A DNA stretch of 64,000 nt, from NCBI GenBank assembly GCA_903831405.1, contig CAIKXM010000023.1, forward strand, positions 1,381-65,380. Direction: 5' to 3'. Below, in pieces: positions 10,305-20,870 of the stretch (the first letter of the stretch is position 1; each line of letters starts with the position of its first letter). The notes under the pieces are model-generated. The model saw only the letters and a list, made by a program, of their open reading frames with translations, did not search any database and was not told the origin of the DNA. The DNA is from an uncultured bacterium (GTDB lineage Bacteria > Babelota > Babeliae > Babelales > Babelaceae). Position numbers and translations under genes: made by a program.

Positions 10305-10381
10305 TGGTGCGCCCGACAGGAATCGAACCTGTGGCCTACAGATTAGGAATCTGTCGCTCTATCCTACTGAGCTACGGGCGC
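10305..10381 (-). tRNA. tRNA-Arg (anticodon CCT), CCA encoded
   Basis: Reverse complement is GCGCCCGTAGCTCAGTAGGATAGAGCGACAGATTCCTAATCTGTAGGCCACAGGTTCGATTCCTGTCGGGCGCACCA. It folds as a cloverleaf with a 7-bp acceptor, a 5-bp anticodon stem ACAGA/TCTGT and loop TTCCTAA. Confidence 0.9.
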
Positions 10382-10809
10382 ATACATATTTAAACTACAA
10401 TCATTTTCTTCCGTTGCGTCTTGTCCGACGAAGCTCATTTTTATGAGCGAAGTCTGGAAGCTACGGGCGCAATTGTACTGCTATTTTCTTATTAAAAATC
10501 TTTTCCCTACTTCGCGACTTACAAGCTACGAAGGGCTGGTTTGTGGCGACTTAGGATATCGTCTCGTCCGTCGTCGCTCTAACGAGCTATGCCGGAGACG
10601 TCTTCTTATCATTCTTTTTAATACTATCAATTCATTTAAGAAAACTGGCGTGCCAGTCGAAGTTCAACGCTTCGACTGAATAAAAAATTTTTATTAGTCC
10701 GCCTTCGCATAAAGCTACGGAACGGACAGCTTTCGCCATTATAACACTAAAATAGAATGTCAATTCCCTTAAAAAGTCTGGCCTGCCAGCTGAAGCCTTT
10801 GGCGAAAGC

Positions 10810-10886
<77 letters not shown>

Positions 10887-11062
10887 AGGCATATTTCAAC
10901 TACAATTATTTCCTACCGTTGCGCCTTGTCCGACGGAAGCTCATTTGGTAAACAAACCTGGCTGCGTCAGTCGAAGCTTTATGCGTAGGCTGAAAGCTAC
11001 GGGCACATTATAAAATCAGTATACAGGTGCGCAAAAAGATTCGTCAAACATATATACAACTT

Positions 11063-11794
11063 TTATGTACGCACAAAATATCCCAAAAATTCTTTGTTAC
11101 CATCAGCACCAAAAATAGGTGATTCTATAACACCTATGCAAGCAAATCCAGCCTTATTAAAATCTACTGTTACCCGATCAACAACATCACGATGCACAGA
11201 AGGATCACGAACAATGCCACCAGAACCAATATGCTCTCTACCAGCTTCAAACTGCGGCTTAATAAGCACTATGACAAACCCATCAGGAGCAAGCAGCGAG
11301 CAAACACTTGGAATAACTTTGGCGACAGAAATAAAAGAGAGATCAAGCGTAATGCCATTCACTAGCTCTCCAACGCTTGATAACTCTCGTAAATTAGTTC
11401 GCTCCAAAATCACTACTCGCGTATCAGTGCGAATCTTTTCATGTACCTGGCCATATCCAACATCGACACCATATATTTTTGCAACGCCATTCTGCAATAA
11501 ACAATCGGTAAAGCCACCAGTCGAAAGACCCGCATCAAGCATTACCAAATCTTGTAGCGCGATATTGAAGTGCTTAATTGCAGCCTCAAGCTTGTTGCCA
11601 GCCCTGCTCACATACTTAGGTTGTGTTGCATGCATAGTAATAACATCGCTATCACGTACTCCATGGCCACTTTTCACTTGCTTGCAATCATTAACAAAGA
11701 CCTCTCCTCGCATTATCCATGCAGATAACTGCATACGCGAATATTGCGGATATAGCTCCATCAATCGTACATCAAGGCGTTTCTTTTCACTCAT
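11063..11794 (-). CDS. tlyA: TlyA-family rRNA 2'-O-methyltransferase (S4 domain plus FtsJ-like)
   Basis: RLDVRLMEL..SRMQLSAWIMRGEVFVN (S4), VSRAGNKLEAAIKHF and LDAGLSTGGFTDCLLQNGVAKIYGVDVGYGQ (SAM site). An ATGA overlap links it to the htrA stop. Confidence 0.85.
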   Translation of the reverse strand: MSEKKRLDVRLMELYPQYSRMQLSAWIMRGEVFVNDCKQVKSGHGVRDSDVITMHATQPKYVSRAGNKLEAAIKHFNIALQDLVMLDAGLSTGGFTDCLLQNGVAKIYGVDVGYGQVHEKIRTDTRVVILERTNLRELSSVGELVNGITLDLSFISVAKVIPSVCSLLAPDGFVIVLIKPQFEAGREHIGSGGIVRDPSVHRDVVDRVTVDFNKAGFACIGVIESPIFGADGNKEFLGYFVRT

Positions 11795-13458
11795 TTGCTA
11801 GGTCCTGTAGTTTTTTCCGGGCCAGAGCCCAATGTTTGCATAAGCGTCGATGGTGGATAAAAGTATGTACTTTGCAATGCTGCTTCTTGCTTTAATACTT
11901 CACTGAGTGGCAATACTACAAAAACATTTTCTGTTGTTTTGATAGTAATAAAACCCGTTTTTTTGCTCAGCTCAAGAGCATCACGATAATCATATACTGT
12001 TTTGACTTTTTTACCATTAACTTCGCTCACTATCGCACCTACACCAAAGGTACGCGTCTGAGCTAATATTGACTCAGGAAATACATGTGTAATTACCAAT
12101 GCAGCTTCGAGCTGATTTTTGAATTCAGCATATCGTGCAAGCTCAGGAGAATATTGGATAAAGAGAGCCAAATGATTGAGCGTAAGAGGCATAACAACCA
12201 TACCCGCAAATACTTCATAATCAATTTTTTCATACGCTGGATACATAGCGCGTACCGGTGCAAGCTCAGAAGCATCAAAGGTAAGTGATATCTCTTTGCG
12301 CTTGCCAGAACGATATATCACGAGTTTAATTTTATCACCGATATGCAATCGTCCAACATATGCCGATATCGAAATTTTATCCTCGCACCAACTAACACTA
12401 ATTTCGCCATATTCATCAATACGGTACCCATCAATTTCGTATATCATATCACCGGGCAATATTCCTGCACGAGCAAGTGGACTGCCTTTGTAGGTTTCGA
12501 CAATATATAACCCACCTGGTTTTGGATTATGTAAAAATTCGGTTAAATAATCGCTGGCATTAGTAAATAAAATTCCCAAGAATGGTTTGCGTAATAAAAT
12601 AATGTTTGCGTTATCAGTCTTTTTCTTTTGTTCATCGCGCAACTGTTTTAAAAATAATTTCGCTTCATTAACAGGCGTAATATACCCTATGCCCTCAGTA
12701 CCAACAGTCTTTACCGTATTGATACCAAGAACTTCGCCACACATGTTAACTAATGGTCCACCAGAATTGCCCGGATTAATTGGCGCACTAATTTGAATCA
12801 TATAATGACCATCAATAACTTCTCTGCCACTGACCACGCCCGTGGTACTTTTAAGAAATTGTTGACCCAGTGGGTATCCGAGAGCCATAACATTATCAGC
12901 ACGATACACGCTATCAGAGTCACCAAGATTAATGGTACGAATGCCTCCACTTGCCTTTAAAATATCAAAGGACTCTTTAGTTAATTTAAGTAATGCAAGG
13001 TCACGCTCAATGCTGACGCCAATAATATCTACATCATAGCGTCGCTTGCCTCGAGAGGGGATCTGAATAGTAACTTTTTTTGCCTGATCGACCACGTGCG
13101 CATTGGTAAATAATTCACCTTCGCTCGATATAAAAAATGCAGTACCTGTTGCCTGAAAAGTTTGTGGTGTTTTGTACGGCTCAGCCCAATTAAACTGTGC
13201 AATAGAAGAAAAAATCTGCACCACCGTGTCTTTGGCTATATCTTGCACATCACGCCAACACACAGGTTTCTGCTGCAAGCCCACTGATTCATGCGCTTTT
13301 TGACACTGTGCCTGCTCACAGGATTGCTGCCCAATAGATTGACTCCCAAGTAAACATCTCATAGCACTACATTCACGATATATATACCAGAAGCCAATAC
13401 CGCTCGCAGCCACAAAAAATAACAACAATAGCGTCAAGAAACGAGTCGTAATACGCAT
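11791..13458 (-). CDS. htrA: HtrA/DegP-family serine protease with PDZ domains
   Basis: Catalytic triad contexts are FTNAHVV, DLALLKL and GNSGGPLVN. A PDZ-like segment GILPGDMIYEIDGYRI and an N-terminal TM/signal are present. Confidence 0.9.
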   Translation of the reverse strand: MRITTRFLTLLLLFFVAASGIGFWYIYRECSAMRCLLGSQSIGQQSCEQAQCQKAHESVGLQQKPVCWRDVQDIAKDTVVQIFSSIAQFNWAEPYKTPQTFQATGTAFFISSEGELFTNAHVVDQAKKVTIQIPSRGKRRYDVDIIGVSIERDLALLKLTKESFDILKASGGIRTINLGDSDSVYRADNVMALGYPLGQQFLKSTTGVVSGREVIDGHYMIQISAPINPGNSGGPLVNMCGEVLGINTVKTVGTEGIGYITPVNEAKLFLKQLRDEQKKKTDNANIILLRKPFLGILFTNASDYLTEFLHNPKPGGLYIVETYKGSPLARAGILPGDMIYEIDGYRIDEYGEISVSWCEDKISISAYVGRLHIGDKIKLVIYRSGKRKEISLTFDASELAPVRAMYPAYEKIDYEVFAGMVVMPLTLNHLALFIQYSPELARYAEFKNQLEAALVITHVFPESILAQTRTFGVGAIVSEVNGKKVKTVYDYRDALELSKKTGFITIKTTENVFVVLPLSEVLKQEAALQSTYFYPPSTLMQTLGSGPEKTTGPSK

Positions 13459-13569
13459 AACACTTCCTCATTTTTTTAGAATACAATATACAAAAGCAGT
13501 TCAATTGCATTTTTAGTATAAATACCCGTCAAAAATTAACAATCAAATGTGTTAAGCAGAAAGGTCAAC

Positions 13570-13675
13570 CTCCCGTAACGCTACAAAATACACTGCTTTT
13601 AAAATTGCTCGTGAATAGCACCAATAAAACTCTCTAATACATGAAAGACTAGAGCAATCTGGTTATAGATATATA
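13570..13675 (+). repeat. intergenic element family 1, copy A (5' part diverged)
   Basis: gctacaaaatacactgcttttaaaattgctcg...atgaaagactagagcaatctggttatagatatat aligns with copies C, D and E. It lies upstream of glyQS. Confidence 0.6.
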
Positions 13676-13809
13676 AGTGAACACGTTTATAAGCAATTGA
13701 GAAAAAATAAAAAAAATGCATACTAAACTATATCTTAAAAAGCTGCACATACTTGCATGCTTTTATATACTACTGAACATACTAAATTAAAAAAAATGGG
13801 GTTTTAATA

Positions 13810-15147
13810 ATGGCGCCTTCATCAAAAGCAAATTTGGACACAATCGTTGCTCTGTGCAAACGTCGTGGATTTATCTTCCAATCAAGTGAAATATATGGCG
13901 GATTGAATGGCGTGTATGATAGCGGCCCTCTTGGATTGCAACTCAAAGAAAATCTAAAAAATGTATGGAAAAAATATAACAATAATCAATGTGAAGACAT
14001 TGTATATATTGATGGCGCATTGCTTGGACCAAAAGCAATGTGGGAAGCTTCAGGACACTTATCAAACTTTAGTGATCCTATGGTTGACTGCCTTACTTGC
14101 AAGCACCGCTTTCGCTCTGATGATATTAATATGCAAGCAGGCTGTCCTCACTGTGGTGCAAAGAACAGCTGGACCGATGTTCGTCAATTTAACATGATGT
14201 TCTCAACGCAACTCGGTGCAGCCGCTGATGGTTCATCAGTAGCATATCTGCGCCCCGAAACTGCTCAAACTATTTATGTAAACTTTAAAAACGTTCTCTC
14301 TGCCTATCGCATGAAGATACCTTTTGGTATTGGTCAAATTGGTAAAGCCTTTCGTAATGAAATTACTCCAAAACAATTTCTGTTTCGTATGCGCGAATTT
14401 GAACAAATGGAACTTGAGTGGTTTTGCTTGCCAAACCAAACTGCCCACTACTTTGATCTCTGGCGTGCAAAGCGCTTTGCCTTTTATCAAACTATTGGCA
14501 TTAATATGACCAACCTGCGCATTCGCGATCATGACAAAGACGAACTCTCTCATTACTCATCAGCAACCTCTGACATTGAATACCAGTATCCTTTTGGATG
14601 GAAAGAGCTCGAAGGCATTGCCTATCGAGGCAACTTTGACCTCACCCAACATGCACTACACTCAAAAAAAGACCTCGCATACTTTGATGAACAAGAAAAA
14701 CAATCAGTAGCGCCCCATGTCGTAGAATGTTCAGTTGGCGTCGATCGCCTATTTTTGACCGTGCTTTTTGATGCATATGACGAAGAAACAATAACCGGTG
14801 ATAATGGTGAAACGGATACGCGCGTTGTTCTCAGATTGCATCCTGCTCTAGCACCAATAACAGCAGCAATATTGCCGCTATCAAAAAAGCAATCAGAAGC
14901 ATGTAAGAAAATATATGCCGAGCTCAAAAAAGAGATATCCACGCTCACCTGGGACGAGTCAGGATCAATTGGCAAACGCTATCGTCGTTATGACGAAGTC
15001 GGCGCACCATACTGCATTACCTATGACTTTGATTCAGAAAATGATAATGCTGTTACGATTCGCGAGCGCGATAGTATGAAACAAGAACGAGTACCCATCG
15101 ATACACTTGCTACATTTTTAAAAGAAAAAATGACCTATCGCCCATAA
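13810..15147 (+). CDS. glyQS: glycine--tRNA ligase (alpha2 GlyQS type)
   Basis: N-terminus IVALCKRRGFIFQSSEIYGG, class II motif FRNEITPKQFLFRMREFEQMELEWF, and GVDRL. The C-terminal part is an anticodon-binding domain. Confidence 0.93.
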   Translation: MAPSSKANLDTIVALCKRRGFIFQSSEIYGGLNGVYDSGPLGLQLKENLKNVWKKYNNNQCEDIVYIDGALLGPKAMWEASGHLSNFSDPMVDCLTCKHRFRSDDINMQAGCPHCGAKNSWTDVRQFNMMFSTQLGAAADGSSVAYLRPETAQTIYVNFKNVLSAYRMKIPFGIGQIGKAFRNEITPKQFLFRMREFEQMELEWFCLPNQTAHYFDLWRAKRFAFYQTIGINMTNLRIRDHDKDELSHYSSATSDIEYQYPFGWKELEGIAYRGNFDLTQHALHSKKDLAYFDEQEKQSVAPHVVECSVGVDRLFLTVLFDAYDEETITGDNGETDTRVVLRLHPALAPITAAILPLSKKQSEACKKIYAELKKEISTLTWDESGSIGKRYRRYDEVGAPYCITYDFDSENDNAVTIRERDSMKQERVPIDTLATFLKEKMTYRP

Positions 15148-15342
15148 TAGTACACATAAAAAAAGAGCAAAAAACTACTCTGCTAAAAAAAAAAGACAGC
15201 AAAGAAAAGCCTATTCAAGTGGACAATATGCTAAAAAATTATTGATTCTATGAAAAAATAAAAAAAAAGTAGCATAGTATATCTATATCTTACACAAGCT
15301 TTTTTTAAAAATTATTTTTTTTAGCTATACCAAGGAGTTCTT

Positions 15343-15855
15343 ATGAATACTATGACGAAAATCATTGCAATGTATGTATTACTCATTGTACCGACAGTAC
15401 ATGCTGGCCTTCCGCTCATGCTTACCGCATCTACCATTGCAGGCATCACTGGATACGCGATTACAAAAAATATCAAAAGAGCTGCCATCGTAGCTACTAT
15501 TCCTGCGGTTCTTATCGCAGCCTATTTTTTGCACAAAAATGTTACCATAGCATGCAAAAATATTGCGTCTTTATTTGGCAACCAACGAGCAGAAGAAGGC
15601 GAGGATCAAGCACTGTCAAAAGCTGTTGAAAAAAAAGTAAAAGAAATAAAGCTAGAAGAATCAATAGCGGCCATTAATAAACATATAGAAGAACAAGCAA
15701 GGCGCGATGCTTTTTTCGAAGGGGAAATAGAAATATTATCCCACTATTTTAGAGATCAAGCACAGCACGACTCTCCAGCAGCAATACAGGCAACATTGCA
15801 TTATTTAAAAGAAAGAGCAGAAACAAAAACACCCGGCGCTATTATTAATCAATAA
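15343..15855 (+). CDS. hypothetical membrane protein (paralogue of 16017..16562)
   Basis: Signal peptide, internal TM helix and charged helical tail. It is alignable with the next ORF, for example ITKNIKRAA/LTKNNNYMA and LFGNQRAEEGEDQALSKAVEKKVKE/LCGKKTAEQIELDKAIDQQVKE. Confidence 0.6.
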   Translation: MNTMTKIIAMYVLLIVPTVHAGLPLMLTASTIAGITGYAITKNIKRAAIVATIPAVLIAAYFLHKNVTIACKNIASLFGNQRAEEGEDQALSKAVEKKVKEIKLEESIAAINKHIEEQARRDAFFEGEIEILSHYFRDQAQHDSPAAIQATLHYLKERAETKTPGAIINQ

Positions 15856-16016
15856 AAAAGTAACGTGTTGAAACTTTATAAAAAGCATTACGCAATTACC
15901 TGCAAAGCAGAGCTTTTGACAACAAAAAAAGTAACAGTCAAACTGAACACTCTATTAAACATACAAAAATAAAAAAATCTTAAGAAACTCATTTTTAATA
16001 CTATAAAGGAAATCGA

Positions 16017-16562
16017 ATGAAAAATATTTTCAAAGCCATCGCAATCTGTGGATTACTTATTGCGCCAGCAGCAACCGCTAGCTTCTCATCTAGAATGGCT
16101 ACAGTTACAAATACTATGAAACACTCTGCTACCAATAAAAATTTTAAAATTGGCACATCAATAGCCGCCCTATCAGCAGCCGCTGGTTTTGCTACCTATA
16201 TGCTTACAAAAAACAACAACTATATGGCATTAACAAAAGCTGCTCCAATAATTATTGCAACATCGATTTTTTTAGGTGTATTGGGCGTAGCGATACATAA
16301 AATATCTGCACACACATATAAGCAAATTACCTATTTATGCGGCAAAAAAACAGCCGAGCAAATAGAATTAGACAAAGCTATCGACCAACAAGTAAAAGAA
16401 GCAATGGCTCAAAGTGCTATTAACGCAGCCAATCAACTCTTAAAAGACCAAGAACGCCAAGATGTTTTAGACCAAATAATACAAGAAGTTGAAAATCAAA
16501 ACGGTATAAAAGCAGCGCTAGAATACTATCAAGAAATCAATACAACGCCTATAATAGACTAA
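16017..16562 (+). CDS. hypothetical membrane protein (paralogue of 15343..15855)
   Basis: Same architecture as the preceding ORF. A strong terminator follows it. Confidence 0.6.
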   Translation: MKNIFKAIAICGLLIAPAATASFSSRMATVTNTMKHSATNKNFKIGTSIAALSAAAGFATYMLTKNNNYMALTKAAPIIIATSIFLGVLGVAIHKISAHTYKQITYLCGKKTAEQIELDKAIDQQVKEAMAQSAINAANQLLKDQERQDVLDQIIQEVENQNGIKAALEYYQEINTTPIID

Positions 16563-16592
16563 TAAATTTTTCCAACGTTATATACACAGCTC

Positions 16593-16636
16593 AAAGGGCT
16601 TTGAAAAAATAATTTCAAAGCCCTTTGCTTTTTTTA
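16593..16636 (+). terminator. rho-independent terminator
   Basis: caaagggctttgaaa / tttcaaagccctttg forms a 15-bp stem followed by cttttttt. Confidence 0.85.
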
Positions 16637-16858
16637 ATGCACACTATCCAAATCAAACAACCAGGCAATGCTCTCTCCTATAAATTCTCATATACAATAA
16701 TACGCAACAGGCATAGCAAGATTCGCTAAGACCTGCACATATATAAAAAAATAGCATTAAAATCTTTTAGCAAAATGTTTACGCTTTAGCATTGTATATA
16801 ACTAAGCAAATCTTGTTATACCGCTAAAACTATTACCTGCAAAAAAAATTACGCTACA

Positions 16859-16887
16859 TTGACAAAGCACTCTGCCACACCTATACT
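16859..16887 (+). promoter_or_regulatory. sigma70-type promoter candidate for ssrA
   Basis: TTGACA (16859-16864), an exact 17-nt spacer, then TATACT (16882-16887). It sits about 33 nt upstream of the mature tmRNA 5' end. Confidence 0.55.
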
Positions 16888-16919
16888 AATATATGTAAAT
16901 TACTCTTTGACAAATTTCT

Positions 16920-17311
16920 GGGGGCGTATCAGGCTTCGACGGGGTATGGATACTGCTGCTAGGGCATGCCGAGCTTTGATTTGAGTGCTCGTTAAAAAAA
17001 TGAATCAAACTATAAGTGCAAACGCACAATCTGGGTCAGTAATGACCCAACTTGCTTTAGCCTAAAAGCGCTTAGCAACTTGATATATCGCTTTACTATC
17101 AAATGGTATATCACGTATTACAAAACGATAGTCGCGCAGGGCAAGATTTCAAACTTCTTGTAGTAGCCTATGCATGTATACAACAAGAATAGTCGAGTGT
17201 GGCAATCATGTGTCAGTGCATGGTCGCAAACGTAACAATTGCTGACTGAGCATGGAGTACTAGCCGGTTGATGTATTTCGGACATGGGTTCGATTCCCAT
17301 CGCCTCCACCA
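16920..17311 (+). ncRNA. ssrA: tmRNA (one-piece)
   Basis: The 5' end GGGGGCGTATCAGGCTTCGACGGGG pairs with the 3' end GGGTTCGATTCCCATCGCCTCCACCA (7-bp acceptor with a G3:U pair). The tag reading frame 17018..17065 encodes ANAQSGSVMTQLALA followed by a stop. Confidence 0.95.
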
Positions 17312-17423
17312 ATTTTCCCTTTTTTTATTTACCACAATCACGTCTATTCTAAGCTGTACATTTTTATGCAATCAATAAGCAGTATGTGCATCTTTCTTTC
17401 TTCGTCTATTCTTCTATTTTTTC

Positions 17424-17465
17424 ATAGCTAGCCCCTTTTAAGCTTGCAAAGCTTTTTCAAGTTCT
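17424..17465 (+). repeat. intergenic element family 1, partial copy (5' core only)
   Basis: atagctagccccttttaagcttgcaaagc matches the atagccRgcttcttttagctttgcaaaa core of copies C and E. It lies upstream of the skp-like gene. Confidence 0.4.
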
Positions 17466-17516
17466 CTCTCTTTTTTTCACACCATACCAAATTCCAATCA
17501 ACTATACGTAAACCAT

Positions 17517-17562
17517 ATGAGCATCTTTTAGCACATGCTCATCATTCTTTTTTTATTTTTTT
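17517..17562 (+). terminator. hairpin plus T-run about 200 nt after tmRNA
   Basis: atgagcat / atgctcat forms an 8-bp stem with a 10-nt loop, followed by cattctttttttattttttt. Confidence 0.4.
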
Positions 17563-17698
17563 CACCCACTATATATTGCCTACAAAGCACTTGCAAAAAT
17601 TACGCGTATAAGTAGTCTTGTTCTACAAATGTTTATCGTAAAGAACATTTGCTTGTGGAATACTATATTTCAATACGTAAAAGAAGGGCCTCACAGTA

Positions 17699-18295
17699 AT
17701 GAAAAAAATACTTTTAACACTATCTGCACTTATGCTTGCAACAAACATGTTTGCAACAACAGAAAAAGCATATGCAACAAAAACTGCGTCATTTGACCTT
17801 GCAATGATCATGCCTAATCCTGAACAAGAAAATGAGTTCAAAAAATCTCCTCAAGAATACCAAGACGGTATGGAAGCATTGATGAAAGAACTTGAAAAAC
17901 GTTCAATGCCATGGCAAGAAAAGAGCAATAAATACAATAAGATGGTCGATGAAGCAAAGAAAAAAGGTTCACTTGCAAGCAAAGAAGCCAAAGAAAAACA
18001 ACAAGAAGAACTATTAACGCTTCAATATGAACTGAGAATGGGCCAACAGCAACTACAACAATTTCAACAAGAACGCCTAGGTGCATTACAGGGAGCATTC
18101 TACGAAAAAGCTAAAAAAGCAGCTAAACAAATTCGCATTGCTCAAGGCTGGGATTTAATTGTGATAGCATTTGATGCTGACGCAAAATGCGACATCACCG
18201 AAAACGTTATTGCAGCTCTTAATAGTGAATATAATGCTAAGAAAGCAGCAGCTAAGAAGGACGCAGCTAAAAAAGAAGTTGCCAAAGCTAAGTAA
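17699..18295 (+). CDS. OmpH/Skp-like periplasmic chaperone
   Basis: Signal peptide, then a long K/E/Q-rich coiled region. The C-terminal part GWDLIVIAFDADAKCDITENVIAALNSEYN resembles the Skp core. Pattern only. Confidence 0.55.
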   Translation: MKKILLTLSALMLATNMFATTEKAYATKTASFDLAMIMPNPEQENEFKKSPQEYQDGMEALMKELEKRSMPWQEKSNKYNKMVDEAKKKGSLASKEAKEKQQEELLTLQYELRMGQQQLQQFQQERLGALQGAFYEKAKKAAKQIRIAQGWDLIVIAFDADAKCDITENVIAALNSEYNAKKAAAKKDAAKKEVAKAK

Positions 18296-18310
18296 TTAGC
18301 CTTTTGCAAC

Positions 18311-18377
18311 ATAACAAAGAAACGAACCAGAATTTGAGTATAAAAACAACTCAAATTCTGGTTCGTTTCTTTGTTAT
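18311..18377. terminator. 29-bp perfect hairpin between convergent skp-like and atpC
   Basis: ataacaaagaaacgaaccagaatttgagt pairs with actcaaattctggttcgtttctttgttat across a 9-nt loop. Confidence 0.8.
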
Positions 18378-18415
18378 TTATAGTAAAAACAGCCCATGCG
18401 CATATCAGCTATATA

Positions 18416-20145
<1,730 letters not shown>

Positions 20146-20393
20146 TTACTAACCTCTAAAAATAGTTAAAATGCTTCTTCGTGCTTTTAAAAATCAATAT
20201 ACTGCTGAATTACTTTTAGTTATAGCGATACTCTTTGCACAGTTCTATAAAAAGCATCACAAGTTTTTAATTTTATGCGTATACAACCATCTTAAACAAC
20301 TATTCTAAAAAAATATTTTCTATGTTGTTGCACCCGAAAATTTTTACGCGCAACAAGTACATAACAATATAATGCGATGTACTTATTACACTA

Positions 20394-20870
20394 TTAAAAC
20401 GTTATTTTCTCAGCCTCAAAACTACCGCAGGCAATCAACAATTCTTTTTCTTTGAGAACCATCAGCTCATGATCTAGCTTTGTGCTGTGATCATATCCAA
20501 TCAAATGACAAAATCCATGTACGAGTAATCGATCCATCCACACATCAAAATTGCATTGCTCTCTCTTGCAAAAACGATGAACATAGGGAACGGCTATGAT
20601 TAAATCGCCCAATACTTCTTCATCAACCGATTGTGCAACAATATGACTCCCTGCACTCACGCCATGATGGAAGGGAAACGAAAGAATGTCCGTCACTTTA
20701 TCAATATGACGATACACTCTATTGTATCGGCGTATTGTTTGATCTGTAGTGCACCATACACTTATATCAAAAGCTTTGTAGCCTGTGTATGTGCACAGGC
20801 ATTCAAGCAATCTTTCTACTCGCAGAATATCAATAGGATATTTCTTTTGATTATTTTTAATACTAATCAT
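20394..20870 (-). CDS. ybeY: rRNA maturation endoribonuclease YbeY
   Basis: Zinc motif HGFCHLIGYDH. ATG 20870 forms an ATGA overlap with the valS stop. The longer track ORF start at 20912 would lie inside valS. Confidence 0.88.
   Translation of the reverse strand: MISIKNNQKKYPIDILRVERLLECLCTYTGYKAFDISVWCTTDQTIRRYNRVYRHIDKVTDILSFPFHHGVSAGSHIVAQSVDEEVLGDLIIAVPYVHRFCKREQCNFDVWMDRLLVHGFCHLIGYDHSTKLDHELMVLKEKELLIACGSFEAEKITF

Noticed and set aside
17118-17312. 64-aa minus-strand ORF
   Set aside because: It lies entirely inside the tmRNA gene.
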